DNA from: an uncultured Gemmatimonadaceae bacterium
GTDB taxonomy: Bacteria; Gemmatimonadota; Gemmatimonadetes; Gemmatimonadales; Gemmatimonadaceae
NCBI GenBank assembly: GCA_963781585.1
Contig: CAWAGQ010000005.1
Coordinates: 320,001 to 384,000, forward strand
Length of the DNA: 64,000 nucleotides
Reading direction: 5' to 3'
Both the position numbers and the translations under genes were made by a program. Every line of letters begins with the position of its first letter. The stretch's first letter is position 1. This document shows, piece after piece, positions 9,958-20,183 of the stretch. The notes below the pieces were generated by a model, which saw only the letters and a program-made list of their open reading frames with translations, did not search any database and was not told the DNA's origin.

Positions 9958-11342
9958 TCCAAGAGCGCTGTGTTCAGGCGATTGGCGAAATCTGGGTCGC
10001 TTCTTCGCAACTGGCGTGCGCGGTCGAGGCTGTGGATAACGGTGGAGTGATCGCGACCGCCGAAGGCCAGGCCGATTTCTGTAAGGTGCGCATTGAACAA
10101 TTCGCGTGCGAGCAGCATGGCTGCTTGACGCGGAACAGTCACCTCACGTGCGCGACTCTTCGACGCCAGAGAGGTGCTCGTGACCCCCCACGCGTGCGCC
10201 ACGGCAGCCTGAATCGCGACAATTGAAAGTCGAGCATGATGCGGCGTTGAATCGAGAGCGACGCCACGGGTAGGATCCGGCAAGCGATCGCGCAAAGCCT
10301 CCAGCGCCAGATCGATGGTGACGGGTTGCTGTCGCAGTGAGGCATAGGCGAGCAGCTTGATGATGCATCCCTCGAGTTCTCGAACACTGGACCGTATGTG
10401 TTCGGCGATGAACTGGAGGACTTCTTCAGGGATAGCGTGCTGCAAGTGATCTACCAGCGCCTTCTTCTGCAGAATCGCGATACGGTGCTCGAAGTCCGGG
10501 AGCTCAATGTCCGCGACCATTCCCCACTGAAAGCGGGTTACCAGTCGGGTTTCCATACCCGCGATGTCTGCCGGAGGGCGATCGCTCGTGAGCACAATCT
10601 GACGCCCGGCTTCATAGAGGGCGTTGAATGTGTGGAAGAACTCCTCCTGGGTGGCTTCCTTTCCCTTCAGGAAGTGGACGTCGTCGATGAGGAGCAAGTC
10701 GAGCTCGCGATATCGACGACGGAAATCGTGTGTGGTGCGGCCCTGAATGGATGCGACATATTCGTTCGTAAACTGCTCAGCGCCCACGAAGACAGCGCGG
10801 ATCCCGGGCAGGCGTGCGAGAATCTCGTGTGCGACCGCCTGCATGAGGTGCGTCTTGCCGATCCCCGAGACTCCGTAAATGAAGAGGGGGTTGTACAGGC
10901 GCCCGGGTGACTCAGCGACAGCGAGCGCGGCAGCGCCAGCCAGCTCGTTGGACTTGCCGATTACGAAGTTCTCAAAGGTGTACTGCGACCGTAACGCTGG
11001 ACGCACGGCAGCGGGTCCGGTTCTGGGATTGGGCTCGGATTTCGGAGAGGTCAAGGGGACAAAGAGATCCATCTGCAACCGTTTCTGCGAGTGGGCGTCG
11101 ACCACGAACTCCACCGCACACGGTTCCCCGAGCGCAACCGGCGCAAGGCTCGAGAGCAGAGAAGCATGTTTGGATTCATTCCAGGATGCTGCAAACTGAT
11201 CTGGCGAGGCGACGATGAGGGTACCGCCGCGCACCTCCACCGGCCGAGTCGGCTCGAGCCAAGTACGAAAGGCCTGCTCCGGTACCTCACGCCGCACGCA
11301 TTCAAGGAGACGTTGCCAAACTTCGTCGGGCGCGAGGTCCAT
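9936..11342 (-). CDS. dnaA: Chromosomal replication initiator DnaA
   Basis: YTFENFV, YNPLFIYGVSGIGKTHL, LLLIDDV, QEEFFHTFN, FGGRDHSTVIH; ATG 11342 with GGAG SD. Confidence 0.98.
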   Translation of the reverse strand: MDLAPDEVWQRLLECVRREVPEQAFRTWLEPTRPVEVRGGTLIVASPDQFAASWNESKHASLLSSLAPVALGEPCAVEFVVDAHSQKRLQMDLFVPLTSPKSEPNPRTGPAAVRPALRSQYTFENFVIGKSNELAGAAALAVAESPGRLYNPLFIYGVSGIGKTHLMQAVAHEILARLPGIRAVFVGAEQFTNEYVASIQGRTTHDFRRRYRELDLLLIDDVHFLKGKEATQEEFFHTFNALYEAGRQIVLTSDRPPADIAGMETRLVTRFQWGMVADIELPDFEHRIAILQKKALVDHLQHAIPEEVLQFIAEHIRSSVRELEGCIIKLLAYASLRQQPVTIDLALEALRDRLPDPTRGVALDSTPHHARLSIVAIQAAVAHAWGVTSTSLASKSRAREVTVPRQAAMLLARELFNAHLTEIGLAFGGRDHSTVIHSLDRARQLRRSDPDFANRLNTALLELPQVHP

Positions 11343-11348
11343 TGCTCC

Positions 11349-11399
11349 TGTGGAAACTTGAGGGGCGCCGAAGGTATCGGCACTCTGTTGAAAAGTCAA
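11349..11399 (-). promoter_or_regulatory. dnaA promoter with DnaA-box-like sites (possible autoregulation)
   Basis: TTGACT-N17-TACCTT (11399-11371); TTTTCAACA in the spacer (11386-11394) and GTTTCCACA at 11349-11357. Confidence 0.6.
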
Positions 11400-11427
11400 A
11401 CGCGCATCTGTGAATGCGCGTAAGACG

Positions 11428-11456
11428 TTGACACGATTTATGTAAGCGGGTACGTT
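11428..11456 (+). promoter_or_regulatory. rpmH operon promoter
   Basis: TTGACA-N17-TACGTT. Confidence 0.65.
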
Positions 11457-11504
11457 TACGTCCCTCAGTTTCGTGATCTCTCTGCGGCAGTTTGGACAGC
11501 ATTT

Positions 11505-11669
11505 ATGGGAAAGCCTACATATCGGCCTCGCAACAAGCGGCGCATTCGCAAACACGGATTTCGCACGCGGATGTCGACTCGCTGGGGACGCGAGGTGCTG
11601 AGTCGCCGCAGGAAGAAAGGGCGCAAGCGGCTGACCGTGAAGCTCCCGTCCAAGTACGCCAGCGTCTAA
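11505..11669 (+). CDS. rpmH: 50S ribosomal protein L34
   Basis: Manual translation [54 protein letters not shown] (54 aa). Confidence 0.97.
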   Translation: MGKPTYRPRNKRRIRKHGFRTRMSTRWGREVLSRRRKKGRKRLTVKLPSKYASV

Positions 11670-12021
11670 GAGGTCGTTCGGATTCCCGCGAGCATATCGG
11701 CTTCGCGGCGGTGCCGAGCTCCGACGAGTGCAACTCGAGGGGAAGCTGCTCCGGACGAAGGTTCTTTCGCTCCGGGTGTGTGCTTCCCCTGTATTGCATG
11801 GGCGGGTGGGCCTGGTCGTTCCGCGATTCAGACATTCGGCCGTGGAGCGCAACCGCGTGAAGCGACGACTTCGCGAGGCCGTGCGGCTGGAGCTGTTGCC
11901 GGGGGTCGGGACGCTGGACGTAGCAATTCGTCCCTCCCAAGCGGCGTACCGACTGTCGTTCAACGAGTTGCGCGCGGAGATTGTCCAGGTGCGCGACATG
12001 CTCAAAGACGCCAAACGCTGA
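11665..12021 (+). CDS. rnpA: RNase P protein component (start codon uncertain)
   Basis: RNR motif [14 protein letters not shown]; the conserved N-terminal FPRAYRL lies in frame upstream of the first GTG (11728). Confidence 0.9.
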   Translation, partial: SKRSFGFPRAYRLRGGAELRRVQLEGKLLRTKVLSLRVCASPVLHGRVGLVVPRFRHSAVERNRVKRRLREAVRLELLPGVGTLDVAIRPSQAAYRLSFNELRAEIVQVRDMLKDAKR

Positions 12022-12027
12022 TCGAGC

Positions 12028-12237
12028 ATGCGCCAGGTTCTGATTTGGATTGTACGTAGCTACCAGATGTTTGTTGGTCCCCTGCTTCCGGCCAGCTGTC
12101 GTTACTATCCGTCGTGCTCGAATTACGCGATCGAAGCGATCTCGAAGTACGGCGCACTGCGGGGAGGGGCGCTCGCTGCGAGGCGGATTGCTCGCTGTCA
12201 TCCATTTCGTCCCGGGGGCTACGACCCGGTTCCCTAA
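12028..12237 (+). CDS. yidD: Membrane protein insertion efficiency factor
   Basis: [28 protein letters not shown]; canonical position. Confidence 0.95.
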   Translation: MRQVLIWIVRSYQMFVGPLLPASCRYYPSCSNYAIEAISKYGALRGGALAARRIARCHPFRPGGYDPVP

Positions 12238-12257
12238 CACCCCAGAGAGTCTGAACA

Positions 12258-13961
12258 ATGGACCGACGCACCATTCTGGCGTTGGTACTGGTCGTCCTCG
12301 TTATTCTCCTCACACCGCGCCTCTTCCCAGGACGCCGACGACTGGGCGGGATTGCCGGCGATACGGTGAGTAATCCGGTCGGCGATACGCTCGCGGGACG
12401 TCAGCCTACGAAAGCGCGTGCGCCATCCGAGCAACTCCCCCGCGACACGCAAATTGTGCCCGCAGTGGCGAGCGTCGCACCGGCCGAGACGACGAGGAAG
12501 TCTGTGAGTGAGCGTGTCGATACAGTCGCCGTCGCCGGCGATGCCGCAGCGTATCGCTTTGTCTCGCTTGGCGGCACGTTGATGGATGTCGAGCTCACCT
12601 CGTTCAAGTCTCTTGGGCCCGCGGACGGCCCCTTGTTCCTGCGATCACCGGAGTCGCCGCTCCTGAGATTCCGCGTGATTGCAGCGCAGGACACCATTCG
12701 GTTCGACCAGGTCAGCTTCACGCATATTGCAGCGGAGGCCGGATCAGCGTCCCGAGATGAGACATTTGTGGGTGCCGTTGGTAGCGACACTCTGGCACTG
12801 CACTATGCCGTCGTACCGGACAGCTTTCTCGTCCACGTGACGGGTCACGTGTCAGCACGGCTCGCGACTGCAGCCTCGGGTCTGGTCGTGGTGGACCTGC
12901 CCGCGACGCTGGAGTCGTTTGAAGCAGACTCGGTAGATGACCAGCGGCACCTTGCCTTTGCATTCAAGCCGAGTCAGCGCGACGCGGAGGGCATTCCGTT
13001 TGGGAAGCTGGATCCCGGAGAACGACGAATTGGAGCTGGCCCGCTGGACTGGATCGCGTTGAAAGACAAGTACTTCGTCATTGGCTTGCTTGCACTTCGA
13101 GGCGACTCCTCAGTGGTGGAGTTCTCGGCAACGGGGCTGGCGCGGACGACGCGAACCGCGTCGCATGCCCAGGGGACGGCAGTTCTGCGGACGAGAGAGG
13201 GTGCGTTCTCGTTCGATGTCTACACGGGGCCGCAGCAGTGGAAACGACTACGGTCCCTGGGGAGAGGTTTTGAGGATTCGAACCCGTACGGAGGCTTTCT
13301 GCGGCCGGTCGTTCAGCCGTTCGCGACAATTGTGCTCCGAATTCTCCTCTGGATGCACGAGACCCTGCGCATGAGCTACGGATGGGTCCTGGTTGTCTTC
13401 GGGATCGTGGTCCGACTCGTCCTGTGGCCGTTGAACCAGAGCGCAATGCGCTCGAGTCTCAAGATGCAGCGCATCCAACCCGAGCTGAACGAACTGCAGA
13501 AGCGATACAAGAGCGATCCCCAGAAGCTGCAGAGTGAGATGATGCGGGTGTATCGGGATCATGGAATGAGCCCGTTCAGCATGTTCTCGGGGTGTCTGCC
13601 CATGCTTCTGCCGATGCCCGTGCTGTTCGCCCTGTTTTTCGTCTTCCAGAACACGATCGAGTTCCGAGGCGTGTCCTTCATGTGGCTGCACGACATCTCC
13701 CAAAAGGATCCGTACTATATCCTTCCGATCCTCATGGGCATCTCGATGTACGTCCTGACGTGGATCGGGAGCCGGAACACTCCGCCCAACCCGCAGACGA
13801 AGATGATGGGGTACATCTTCCCCGTGATGATGACGTTCCTGCTGGCTAATCTGGCCGCGGGACTCAATCTGTACTACGCCATACAGAACGTAGCTGCCCT
13901 TCCACAGCAGTGGTTCATCGCGAATGAACGCGCGAGGGCGGCAGCCGCGAAGAAGAAGTAG
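12258..13961 (+). CDS. yidC: Membrane protein insertase YidC
   Basis: [41 protein letters not shown]. Confidence 0.96.
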   Translation: MDRRTILALVLVVLVILLTPRLFPGRRRLGGIAGDTVSNPVGDTLAGRQPTKARAPSEQLPRDTQIVPAVASVAPAETTRKSVSERVDTVAVAGDAAAYRFVSLGGTLMDVELTSFKSLGPADGPLFLRSPESPLLRFRVIAAQDTIRFDQVSFTHIAAEAGSASRDETFVGAVGSDTLALHYAVVPDSFLVHVTGHVSARLATAASGLVVVDLPATLESFEADSVDDQRHLAFAFKPSQRDAEGIPFGKLDPGERRIGAGPLDWIALKDKYFVIGLLALRGDSSVVEFSATGLARTTRTASHAQGTAVLRTREGAFSFDVYTGPQQWKRLRSLGRGFEDSNPYGGFLRPVVQPFATIVLRILLWMHETLRMSYGWVLVVFGIVVRLVLWPLNQSAMRSSLKMQRIQPELNELQKRYKSDPQKLQSEMMRVYRDHGMSPFSMFSGCLPMLLPMPVLFALFFVFQNTIEFRGVSFMWLHDISQKDPYYILPILMGISMYVLTWIGSRNTPPNPQTKMMGYIFPVMMTFLLANLAAGLNLYYAIQNVAALPQQWFIANERARAAAAKKK

Positions 13962-13986
13962 CGTCGATCCTCCTTGGTCCGGTTCG

Positions 13987-15357
13987 ATGGAAAGGTTTGA
14001 AGACGACACCATCGTGGCGATTGCGACGCCACCAGGACGAGGAGCTCTGGCGGTCGTGCGAGTGAGTGGAGCGCGCGCGCACCCGCTGTGCAGAGACGTG
14101 CTGGATCCGTGGCCAGCTCAAGTGAGACGCGCTACCGTCTGCGCCGTCCGGGACCCGGGCAATGGTGTGATCGACCAGGTGGTGGCCGTGGTGTACAGGG
14201 CCCCGCGCTCGTTCACGGGTGAAGACGCAGTAGAACTGACTGGACACGGGGGCCCTCTCTCGCCCGTTGCCGTTGCAGGCCTCCTGGTGCGACGTGGTGC
14301 GCGCCTGGCCCGCCCTGGAGAATTCACGCAGCGCGCCGTGCTGAACGGGAAGCTCGACCTGCTCCAGGCGGAAAGTGTTGCCGACCTGGTGGATGCGCAG
14401 ACCGAGGCAATGCGACGGGCCGCCCTGTTTCATCTCGACGGAGGCCTTTCTGCTCGGATTGCCGCACTGCGGACGCATCTCCTGGAGCTCGAGGCCCTGG
14501 TCGCGTACGAGATCGATTTTCCTGAAGAAGATGATGGTCCGGTGGCGCCAGAACGGGTGCAAGCAGCGATTGACGACGTGCGCGGGGAGATCGACCGGCT
14601 GCTGGCGACAGCCGGAATTGGCGAGGTCGTGCGGACCGGAGCGCTTGTGACCATTGCCGGCCGCCCTAATGTCGGCAAGTCCTCCTTGTTCAACGCTGTC
14701 ATCGGCCACCAGCGGGCCATCGTCACGGATATTCCCGGAACGACGAGGGACGCTCTGGAAGCTGTGATCGAGAGCAACGGTTGGCCGCTCCGGCTGGTGG
14801 ACACCGCTGGGCTCCGGGACACGAGCGACATCGTGGAGCGAGAAGGGGTGCAGGTGAGCCGGCGGTACGTGGATATGGCGCACGTGGCACTGGTGTGTGA
14901 CGACGATGCCGACCAACTGCCGTCGAGCGTGGCTGCCGTTCGGCAGATGACGTCGGCGCCGATCATAGCCGTGCAGACCAAGATCGATCTCGCCCGAAGT
15001 CTCCAGCTCGCCGATCCCGCCGTTCAAGGCTCGGATGCGTCTGTGGCGGTGAGCGTGAGGACGCGCGAGGGGTTGCCCGAATTGCTTGACACGGTCGCGC
15101 GAGTACTCGGCGACCATGTTGGCTGCCTGCCGCTGGATGCGCCGGTGCTCACGCGGGCGCGACATCGTGCTGGACTCGAATGTGCAGGAAGGGAGCTCGA
15201 CGCGTTCCGGGAGGTCTGGCGCACTGGAGCGGTTCCGATGGCGGTGGGCGCCGTACATGTTCGTGCCGCTACCGCTGCACTCGACGAACTGATCGGCGCG
15301 GTGAGCGTCGAGGATGTGCTGGAGCGCGTGTTCGCGACCTTCTGCATCGGAAAGTGA
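13987..15357 (+). CDS. mnmE: tRNA modification GTPase MnmE/TrmE
   Basis: [37 protein letters not shown]-terminal FCIGK. Confidence 0.97.
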   Translation: MERFEDDTIVAIATPPGRGALAVVRVSGARAHPLCRDVLDPWPAQVRRATVCAVRDPGNGVIDQVVAVVYRAPRSFTGEDAVELTGHGGPLSPVAVAGLLVRRGARLARPGEFTQRAVLNGKLDLLQAESVADLVDAQTEAMRRAALFHLDGGLSARIAALRTHLLELEALVAYEIDFPEEDDGPVAPERVQAAIDDVRGEIDRLLATAGIGEVVRTGALVTIAGRPNVGKSSLFNAVIGHQRAIVTDIPGTTRDALEAVIESNGWPLRLVDTAGLRDTSDIVEREGVQVSRRYVDMAHVALVCDDDADQLPSSVAAVRQMTSAPIIAVQTKIDLARSLQLADPAVQGSDASVAVSVRTREGLPELLDTVARVLGDHVGCLPLDAPVLTRARHRAGLECAGRELDAFREVWRTGAVPMAVGAVHVRAATAALDELIGAVSVEDVLERVFATFCIGK

Positions 15358-15395
15358 AGCCGCGGGGGTCCAATGCGCGGCGGGCACCGGCGCGG

Positions 15396-16334
15396 TCAGG
15401 CGGAAGCCGCTGCCGATTCGGATATGTCGAGCAGCTCCTGCGCGCTGGCGCGAACGGCCCAGGCGGCTCCGCGAGCGTCGATGGCGTCGGCCACCATTTG
15501 TGCCCCAACGAAGTAACCTGCGCGCTCGGGAATAACGACGCGATCCACCGTACGAGCTTCATCGCTCATGCCGCCCGACAAGTAGCGCAGGCGAAGTCCC
15601 AGCGCAGCATGGTCGAGATCTGCCGCAATGGCGCGTGTCACCATCGCCTCGAGTTCCCGGATCCTGGCGTAGAGGCGGCGGCCATACCCAAAGTATTCCC
15701 AGACGGCGTGGCCAGGGCGTGCCAATCTGGAGATCTCCACAGCAAGGCCCTCGTTCACGAGGTGCTCGCGCAGCGTCACGCGCCGTCCGGTCTCCCAGTA
15801 GGAGTAATACCCATCCGCATCATCGATTGCCGCACGAAGCTCGCTTCGGCTTGTCGGAGAGGTGTAACGCACCGCGTGCGCGATCTCATGCGCCAGCCAA
15901 AGCGGCACGAGTTCCGGGTCAAGACCGAGACCCTGAGTTTCCGGATTGGCAACTCCTGTGAAATGTTCGAGACATACGAAGGCCATACCACGCCCGGCGA
16001 CGACGAGTTCTCCGGCATTGGCCGCGCCAACCCCAACCATTAACAGGACATCGACATCGATATCGATATCGAGCAGCTGGGCGCATCGTTCCTCGGCTTC
16101 GCGGGCGAGGGACATAACATCCGTGCGCTCGAGCATCGCGAGCAGATCCGAGCGATCCGCAAGGGCAGCCATACGCACCACGTCGTTGAAGTGCGCACTC
16201 TCGGGATCGAGGACGTAATTGTGCCAGTACGCCGCTAGGCGGTGCCGATGAGTTTCGAAGTAGCGATGATACGCGGCGACTCGATCAGAGCTGTTGAGGA
16301 CTGCGAGAAAGTCCGGCAGCAGGTTCACGAGCAT
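15396..16334 (-). CDS. Putative zinc metallopeptidase (DUF2268-like gluzincin)
   Basis: HEIAH motif with downstream NEGLA and GYFVG. Confidence 0.6.
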   Translation of the reverse strand: MLVNLLPDFLAVLNSSDRVAAYHRYFETHRHRLAAYWHNYVLDPESAHFNDVVRMAALADRSDLLAMLERTDVMSLAREAEERCAQLLDIDIDVDVLLMVGVGAANAGELVVAGRGMAFVCLEHFTGVANPETQGLGLDPELVPLWLAHEIAHAVRYTSPTSRSELRAAIDDADGYYSYWETGRRVTLREHLVNEGLAVEISRLARPGHAVWEYFGYGRRLYARIRELEAMVTRAIAADLDHAALGLRLRYLSGGMSDEARTVDRVVIPERAGYFVGAQMVADAIDARGAAWAVRASAQELLDISESAAASA

Positions 16335-16443
16335 CAACGATCCGGGCGCGAGTGAGCGGCGCAGTGTGTCGCGAATCGCGCGGCAAGATAGTCTCGCTCA
16401 GTTACTCGTACAAGAGAGAATTCTGGGCGATGCGTTCAGATCT

Positions 16444-17091
16444 TCACCGCGTGCCGAACAAACGATCGCCGGCATCGCCCAGACCCGGCAGAATGTATCC
16501 GTGCGAGTTGAGTTCACGGTCGAGCGCGGCCGTGAGCACATGGACATCCGGGTGGTCCTGCCGCATGCGTGCGACACCTTCGGGCGCAGCGACGAGACAG
16601 AGGAAGCGAATGCGAGATCCACCGGCCCGTTTCAATGAAGTCACGGCAGCGGCCGCGCTGCCTCCCGTAGCCAACATCGGGTCGAGCACGAGGAAATCTC
16701 GTTCAGCAGCATCACCCGGAACCTTGAAGTAGTAGTCCACAGGCTTCAGCGTGTCGTGATCGCGATACAGGCCGATGTGTCCCACTCGCGCCGAGGGCAC
16801 GAGCCGAAGCACCCCCTCGACCATCCCCAGTCCCGCGCGCAGAATCGGCACCAGCGTCAGCTTCTTGCCACTGACGCGCCATCCCCGGGCTGTTTCGAGC
16901 GGTGTTTCGACCGGGACCGCCTCGAGAGGTAGGCCGCTCGTAGCCTCGTAGGCCAGAAGCATCGCGAGCTCCTCGACCAGCTCCTTGAAGATCTTCGTGG
17001 GCGTAGCGCGGTCGCGAAGGAGCGTGAGCTTGTGCTGAACGAGTGGATGCCCGACGACGGTGAGGTTGGAGAGCGCAGGGGTGGTGGCCAT
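16444..17091 (-). CDS. upp: Uracil phosphoribosyltransferase
   Basis: [45 protein letters not shown]. Confidence 0.97.
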   Translation of the reverse strand: MATTPALSNLTVVGHPLVQHKLTLLRDRATPTKIFKELVEELAMLLAYEATSGLPLEAVPVETPLETARGWRVSGKKLTLVPILRAGLGMVEGVLRLVPSARVGHIGLYRDHDTLKPVDYYFKVPGDAAERDFLVLDPMLATGGSAAAAVTSLKRAGGSRIRFLCLVAAPEGVARMRQDHPDVHVLTAALDRELNSHGYILPGLGDAGDRLFGTR

Positions 17092-17118
17092 GAGCGGCAA
17101 GGTACTATCTTCGCGCCC

Positions 17119-17295
17119 ATGAAAGAATATCAGGCCGTGATCCAGCGGATCACACGTCGTACACGAGAAGACGAGGATGCCCTGACCGACCTGCTAAACG
17201 AACGTATTCGAAGCGGTTGGGAGCCCGTGATGATGGCGCAGGACGACCAGCGACTCACCATCATCTTTCAGCGCGAAACCGAATCGGACCACTAG
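17119..17295 (+). CDS. Small hypothetical protein (DUF4177-like)
   Basis: MKEY...[11 protein letters not shown]...IIFQR pattern; stop abuts the next start. Confidence 0.6.
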   Translation: MKEYQAVIQRITRRTREDEDALTDLLNERIRSGWEPVMMAQDDQRLTIIFQRETESDH

Positions 17296-18678
17296 GTGGA
17301 GCTAATCTTCTCAGGTGCAGATCGCGAGGTGACGGGTTCCTGTCACCTCGTTCGCGTCAGCGGAAGGACGATGGCGCTGGACTGCGGTCTCTTCCAGGGG
17401 AAGCGGAGCGACGCCGAGGCAAAGAACAGGATGCTCCCCCTGCCCGTGAGCGAACTCGAGGCCATCGTGCTATCGCACGCACACATCGACCACTCAGGTC
17501 GGCTGCCGTTCCTGGCACACGAGGGGTTCGCCAACCGGATCTGGGCGACGGCGGCCACGCGGGATCTGTGCGCTTACATGTTAATGGATTCGGCCCATAT
17601 TCAGGAAAAAGACGCCGAATTTCTGGCGCGCAGGAACAAGCCCTGTGCGGATCCACTGTACGCCACCGCGGACGTGCCGGTCGTAATGGAGCACATGATC
17701 GGCGTGCCATATCACCACACGTTCGACGTCGCGCCCGGCCTCCGGGCTACTTTTGTCGATGCCGGGCACATCCTCGGGTCGGCCTCGGTCGTTCTCGACT
17801 GCGAGGAGAACGGTACCTCCCGCCGATTGGCGTTCTCGGGCGACATAGGCCGAGCGGGGCTCCCAATCATCAGAAATCCTGAGCTGCCGAAGGACGTCGA
17901 TGTCGTGGTCATGGAGTCGACGTATGGCAATCGGGACCATGAACCCGTACAGGATGCGCGCCAGCGACTTGGCGAAATCGTCCACACGACCGCGGCACGA
18001 GGCGGCCGCGTGCTCATCCCTGCGTTTGCCGTCGGGCGAACCCAGGAAATACTCTACGAGCTCCACGCCCTCGTCCGGGCGGGGCAGGTTCCGCCGCTGC
18101 CGATTTACGTCGACAGCCCCCTGGCAATCGACGCGACTTCCGTGTTCGAGCTCCACCCGGAAACGTTCGACAAGAGCGAAGATCTGGTGAAACAGGTGCA
18201 ACAACTGTTTCGCTTCGAGCTCGTTCGCTATACCCGTGATGTAGAGGAGTCGAAGGCCCTGAACGAGCTGCGCGGCCCGATGGTGATCATCGCGGCGTCC
18301 GGAATGGCGGAGTCGGGGCGCATTCTCCACCACTTGCTCCACGGTGCGTCCGATCCCCGAAATACTGTGCTGATCGTCGGTTTTCAGGCTGAACACACGC
18401 TCGGTCGCCGCATCGTTGAGCGACGACCCACGATCAAGGTCTTTGGAGAGGAGATTCCTCTACGCGCACAAGTGGAAGTGCTGAATGGCTATAGCGCACA
18501 TGCGGATCGGCACGAACTCGTCGCATGGGCTGAAGGAGTACGTAAGACTTCTCCGCGGCTCCACCAGGTGCATCTTGTCCACGGTGAGCCGGAAGCACAG
18601 GAAGGCCTGAGTCAACTCCTCCGCGCACGGGGATTCAACGTGAATGCGCCAGCCCGAGGCGAACGGGCGACGTTCTGA
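17296..18678 (+). CDS. MBL-fold beta-CASP ribonuclease (YSH1/TTHA0252-like)
   Basis: SHAHIDHSG, AGHILGS, FSGDIG, MESTYG, YSAHAD, LVHGE. Confidence 0.92.
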   Translation: MELIFSGADREVTGSCHLVRVSGRTMALDCGLFQGKRSDAEAKNRMLPLPVSELEAIVLSHAHIDHSGRLPFLAHEGFANRIWATAATRDLCAYMLMDSAHIQEKDAEFLARRNKPCADPLYATADVPVVMEHMIGVPYHHTFDVAPGLRATFVDAGHILGSASVVLDCEENGTSRRLAFSGDIGRAGLPIIRNPELPKDVDVVVMESTYGNRDHEPVQDARQRLGEIVHTTAARGGRVLIPAFAVGRTQEILYELHALVRAGQVPPLPIYVDSPLAIDATSVFELHPETFDKSEDLVKQVQQLFRFELVRYTRDVEESKALNELRGPMVIIAASGMAESGRILHHLLHGASDPRNTVLIVGFQAEHTLGRRIVERRPTIKVFGEEIPLRAQVEVLNGYSAHADRHELVAWAEGVRKTSPRLHQVHLVHGEPEAQEGLSQLLRARGFNVNAPARGERATF

Positions 18679-18778
18679 TGCGCCTCTCGGTAGCCGCCAG
18701 GAGGAAGGCATCAACCGGTTCGTGCAGCACTGCCTGCGGGCGCCGTGCGGGCCAGCGAGCCTGTCGTGATCCCCGCCA

Positions 18779-19441
18779 GTGCCACCGGTCGATGTACTCG
18801 GGTCGATGCCATTGAAGCGTCCGGAGGAACTTCAGCCGACACGGCGTCGCAGCAAGCTCCTGTCGATGGTAGGCGCCGGTGGCGCAGGCGCGTGGCTGCT
18901 CAGCCTTGGCGCCGTGGTGGTGTGGGGGGCGCGCGATGGGGCCGCCCCCGCAGACGCCATAGTCGTCATGGGAGCGGCACAATACGCTGGTCGTCCATCG
19001 CCCGTTCTGAAGGCGCGGCTCGATCACGCCGTCGCGCTCTGGAAGCGTGGCCTCGCGCCCTGGCTGATTCTCACTGGCGGAACCGGCGTCGGGGACACAA
19101 CCAGCGAGGCGGCGGTCAGCCGACGCTACGCATTACGGCAGGGCATTCCGGACAGCGTACTCCTGCTTGAAAACCAGGGGCGAACCACAGACGCGTCGCT
19201 TGCCGCCGTCGCCGATATCATGCGTGGCCACCACTTGGCGCGAGCGATCCTGGTCAGCGACCCGTTCCACATGCTTCGCCTTCAGATCCTTGCGCGACGA
19301 TTGGGATTCGAATGCGTGACGTCGCCGACGCGCACGAGTCCGATCTCTGCTAGCTGGACAAGAGCGTTAGGCTACATGCTGAGCGAGTCGATCAAGGTGC
19401 CGGTCGCGGCTATTCTCGGAGTCCTCCAAGGTCATGCCTAA
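18779..19441 (+). CDS. YdcF/ElyC/SanA family (DUF218) protein; start may be ATG 18806
   Basis: TM helix, DAIVVMG, LKARLD, LTGG, SEA, LVSDPFHMLR. Confidence 0.85.
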   Translation: MPPVDVLGSMPLKRPEELQPTRRRSKLLSMVGAGGAGAWLLSLGAVVVWGARDGAAPADAIVVMGAAQYAGRPSPVLKARLDHAVALWKRGLAPWLILTGGTGVGDTTSEAAVSRRYALRQGIPDSVLLLENQGRTTDASLAAVADIMRGHHLARAILVSDPFHMLRLQILARRLGFECVTSPTRTSPISASWTRALGYMLSESIKVPVAAILGVLQGHA

Positions 19442-20183
19442 GCCCCACAGCCGATGCCCGTTGCCTTCGGCGATCCCGTCAGGCTGTGCATTGGTGACCG
19501 AAGGCGGTCGCCGGCATGCGAGCGAGACCCTAGCCAGCGCCTTCTCGCCCGTCCGGAGCGTGTTGGGCGTGGCACTCCTTGGGGTGGTCCCGGTGTTCGC
19601 CGTCGGTTCAGTCGGTTCAGCCCAGAGTGCGCCGGGGCCCATCTTCCGTATCGAGCCAGGGCTGATGAGCACAGATGTCGTCTCCGTGCCAGCGGGCGTT
19701 GCCTCAGCGACGGGGTTCAACGTCCGGTTCGAAACACGACTTCCGACGATACATCGCTGGCTGACGCCGGTAATCGGGGCGTCGATCACGCCATATGGAA
19801 CGAGCGGCATCAGGAATCGAAGCCGGAATGCACCGTTGTTGTTCGTGGGCAACGTATTTCCGTTTGTTTCAGCCCAGAAAACAGCGGGCTGGGCAACGGT
19901 AGATGTTCCGCTGCTTCTCTACTATTCGTACGGTGGGGGAGGCGTCCATAATGACAGGCTCTACGGACGGGATTTGTTTCTGCAGATCGCGGCACGCGTG
20001 CATGTGGGTCAGAAAATGCTCCATGACCTTGGCGCATTCTGGTCCAGGGTCGACGCCTACGCGTTCCTCGAGCAGACCATGACTCCCAACCGCGATAGTG
20101 TGAGCAGGCGTGTCGACCGCTTCAACCCCGTTGTGCTCATTGGCTTGTCGATGCCGTTCGGCGCGACCAGTTCGGGTCGATGA
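19434..20183 (+). CDS. Hypothetical exported, possibly outer-membrane protein (start uncertain)
   Basis: Signal-like hydrophobic stretch ending GSAQ, amphipathic beta-like segments; overlaps both neighbours. Confidence 0.55.
   Translation: MPKPHSRCPLPSAIPSGCALVTEGGRRHASETLASAFSPVRSVLGVALLGVVPVFAVGSVGSAQSAPGPIFRIEPGLMSTDVVSVPAGVASATGFNVRFETRLPTIHRWLTPVIGASITPYGTSGIRNRSRNAPLLFVGNVFPFVSAQKTAGWATVDVPLLLYYSYGGGGVHNDRLYGRDLFLQIAARVHVGQKMLHDLGAFWSRVDAYAFLEQTMTPNRDSVSRRVDRFNPVVLIGLSMPFGATSSGR

Noticed and set aside
11343..12029. 228-aa N-terminal extension of DnaA in the ORF track
   Set aside because: It overlaps rpmH/rnpA antisense; the SD and promoter support ATG 11342.
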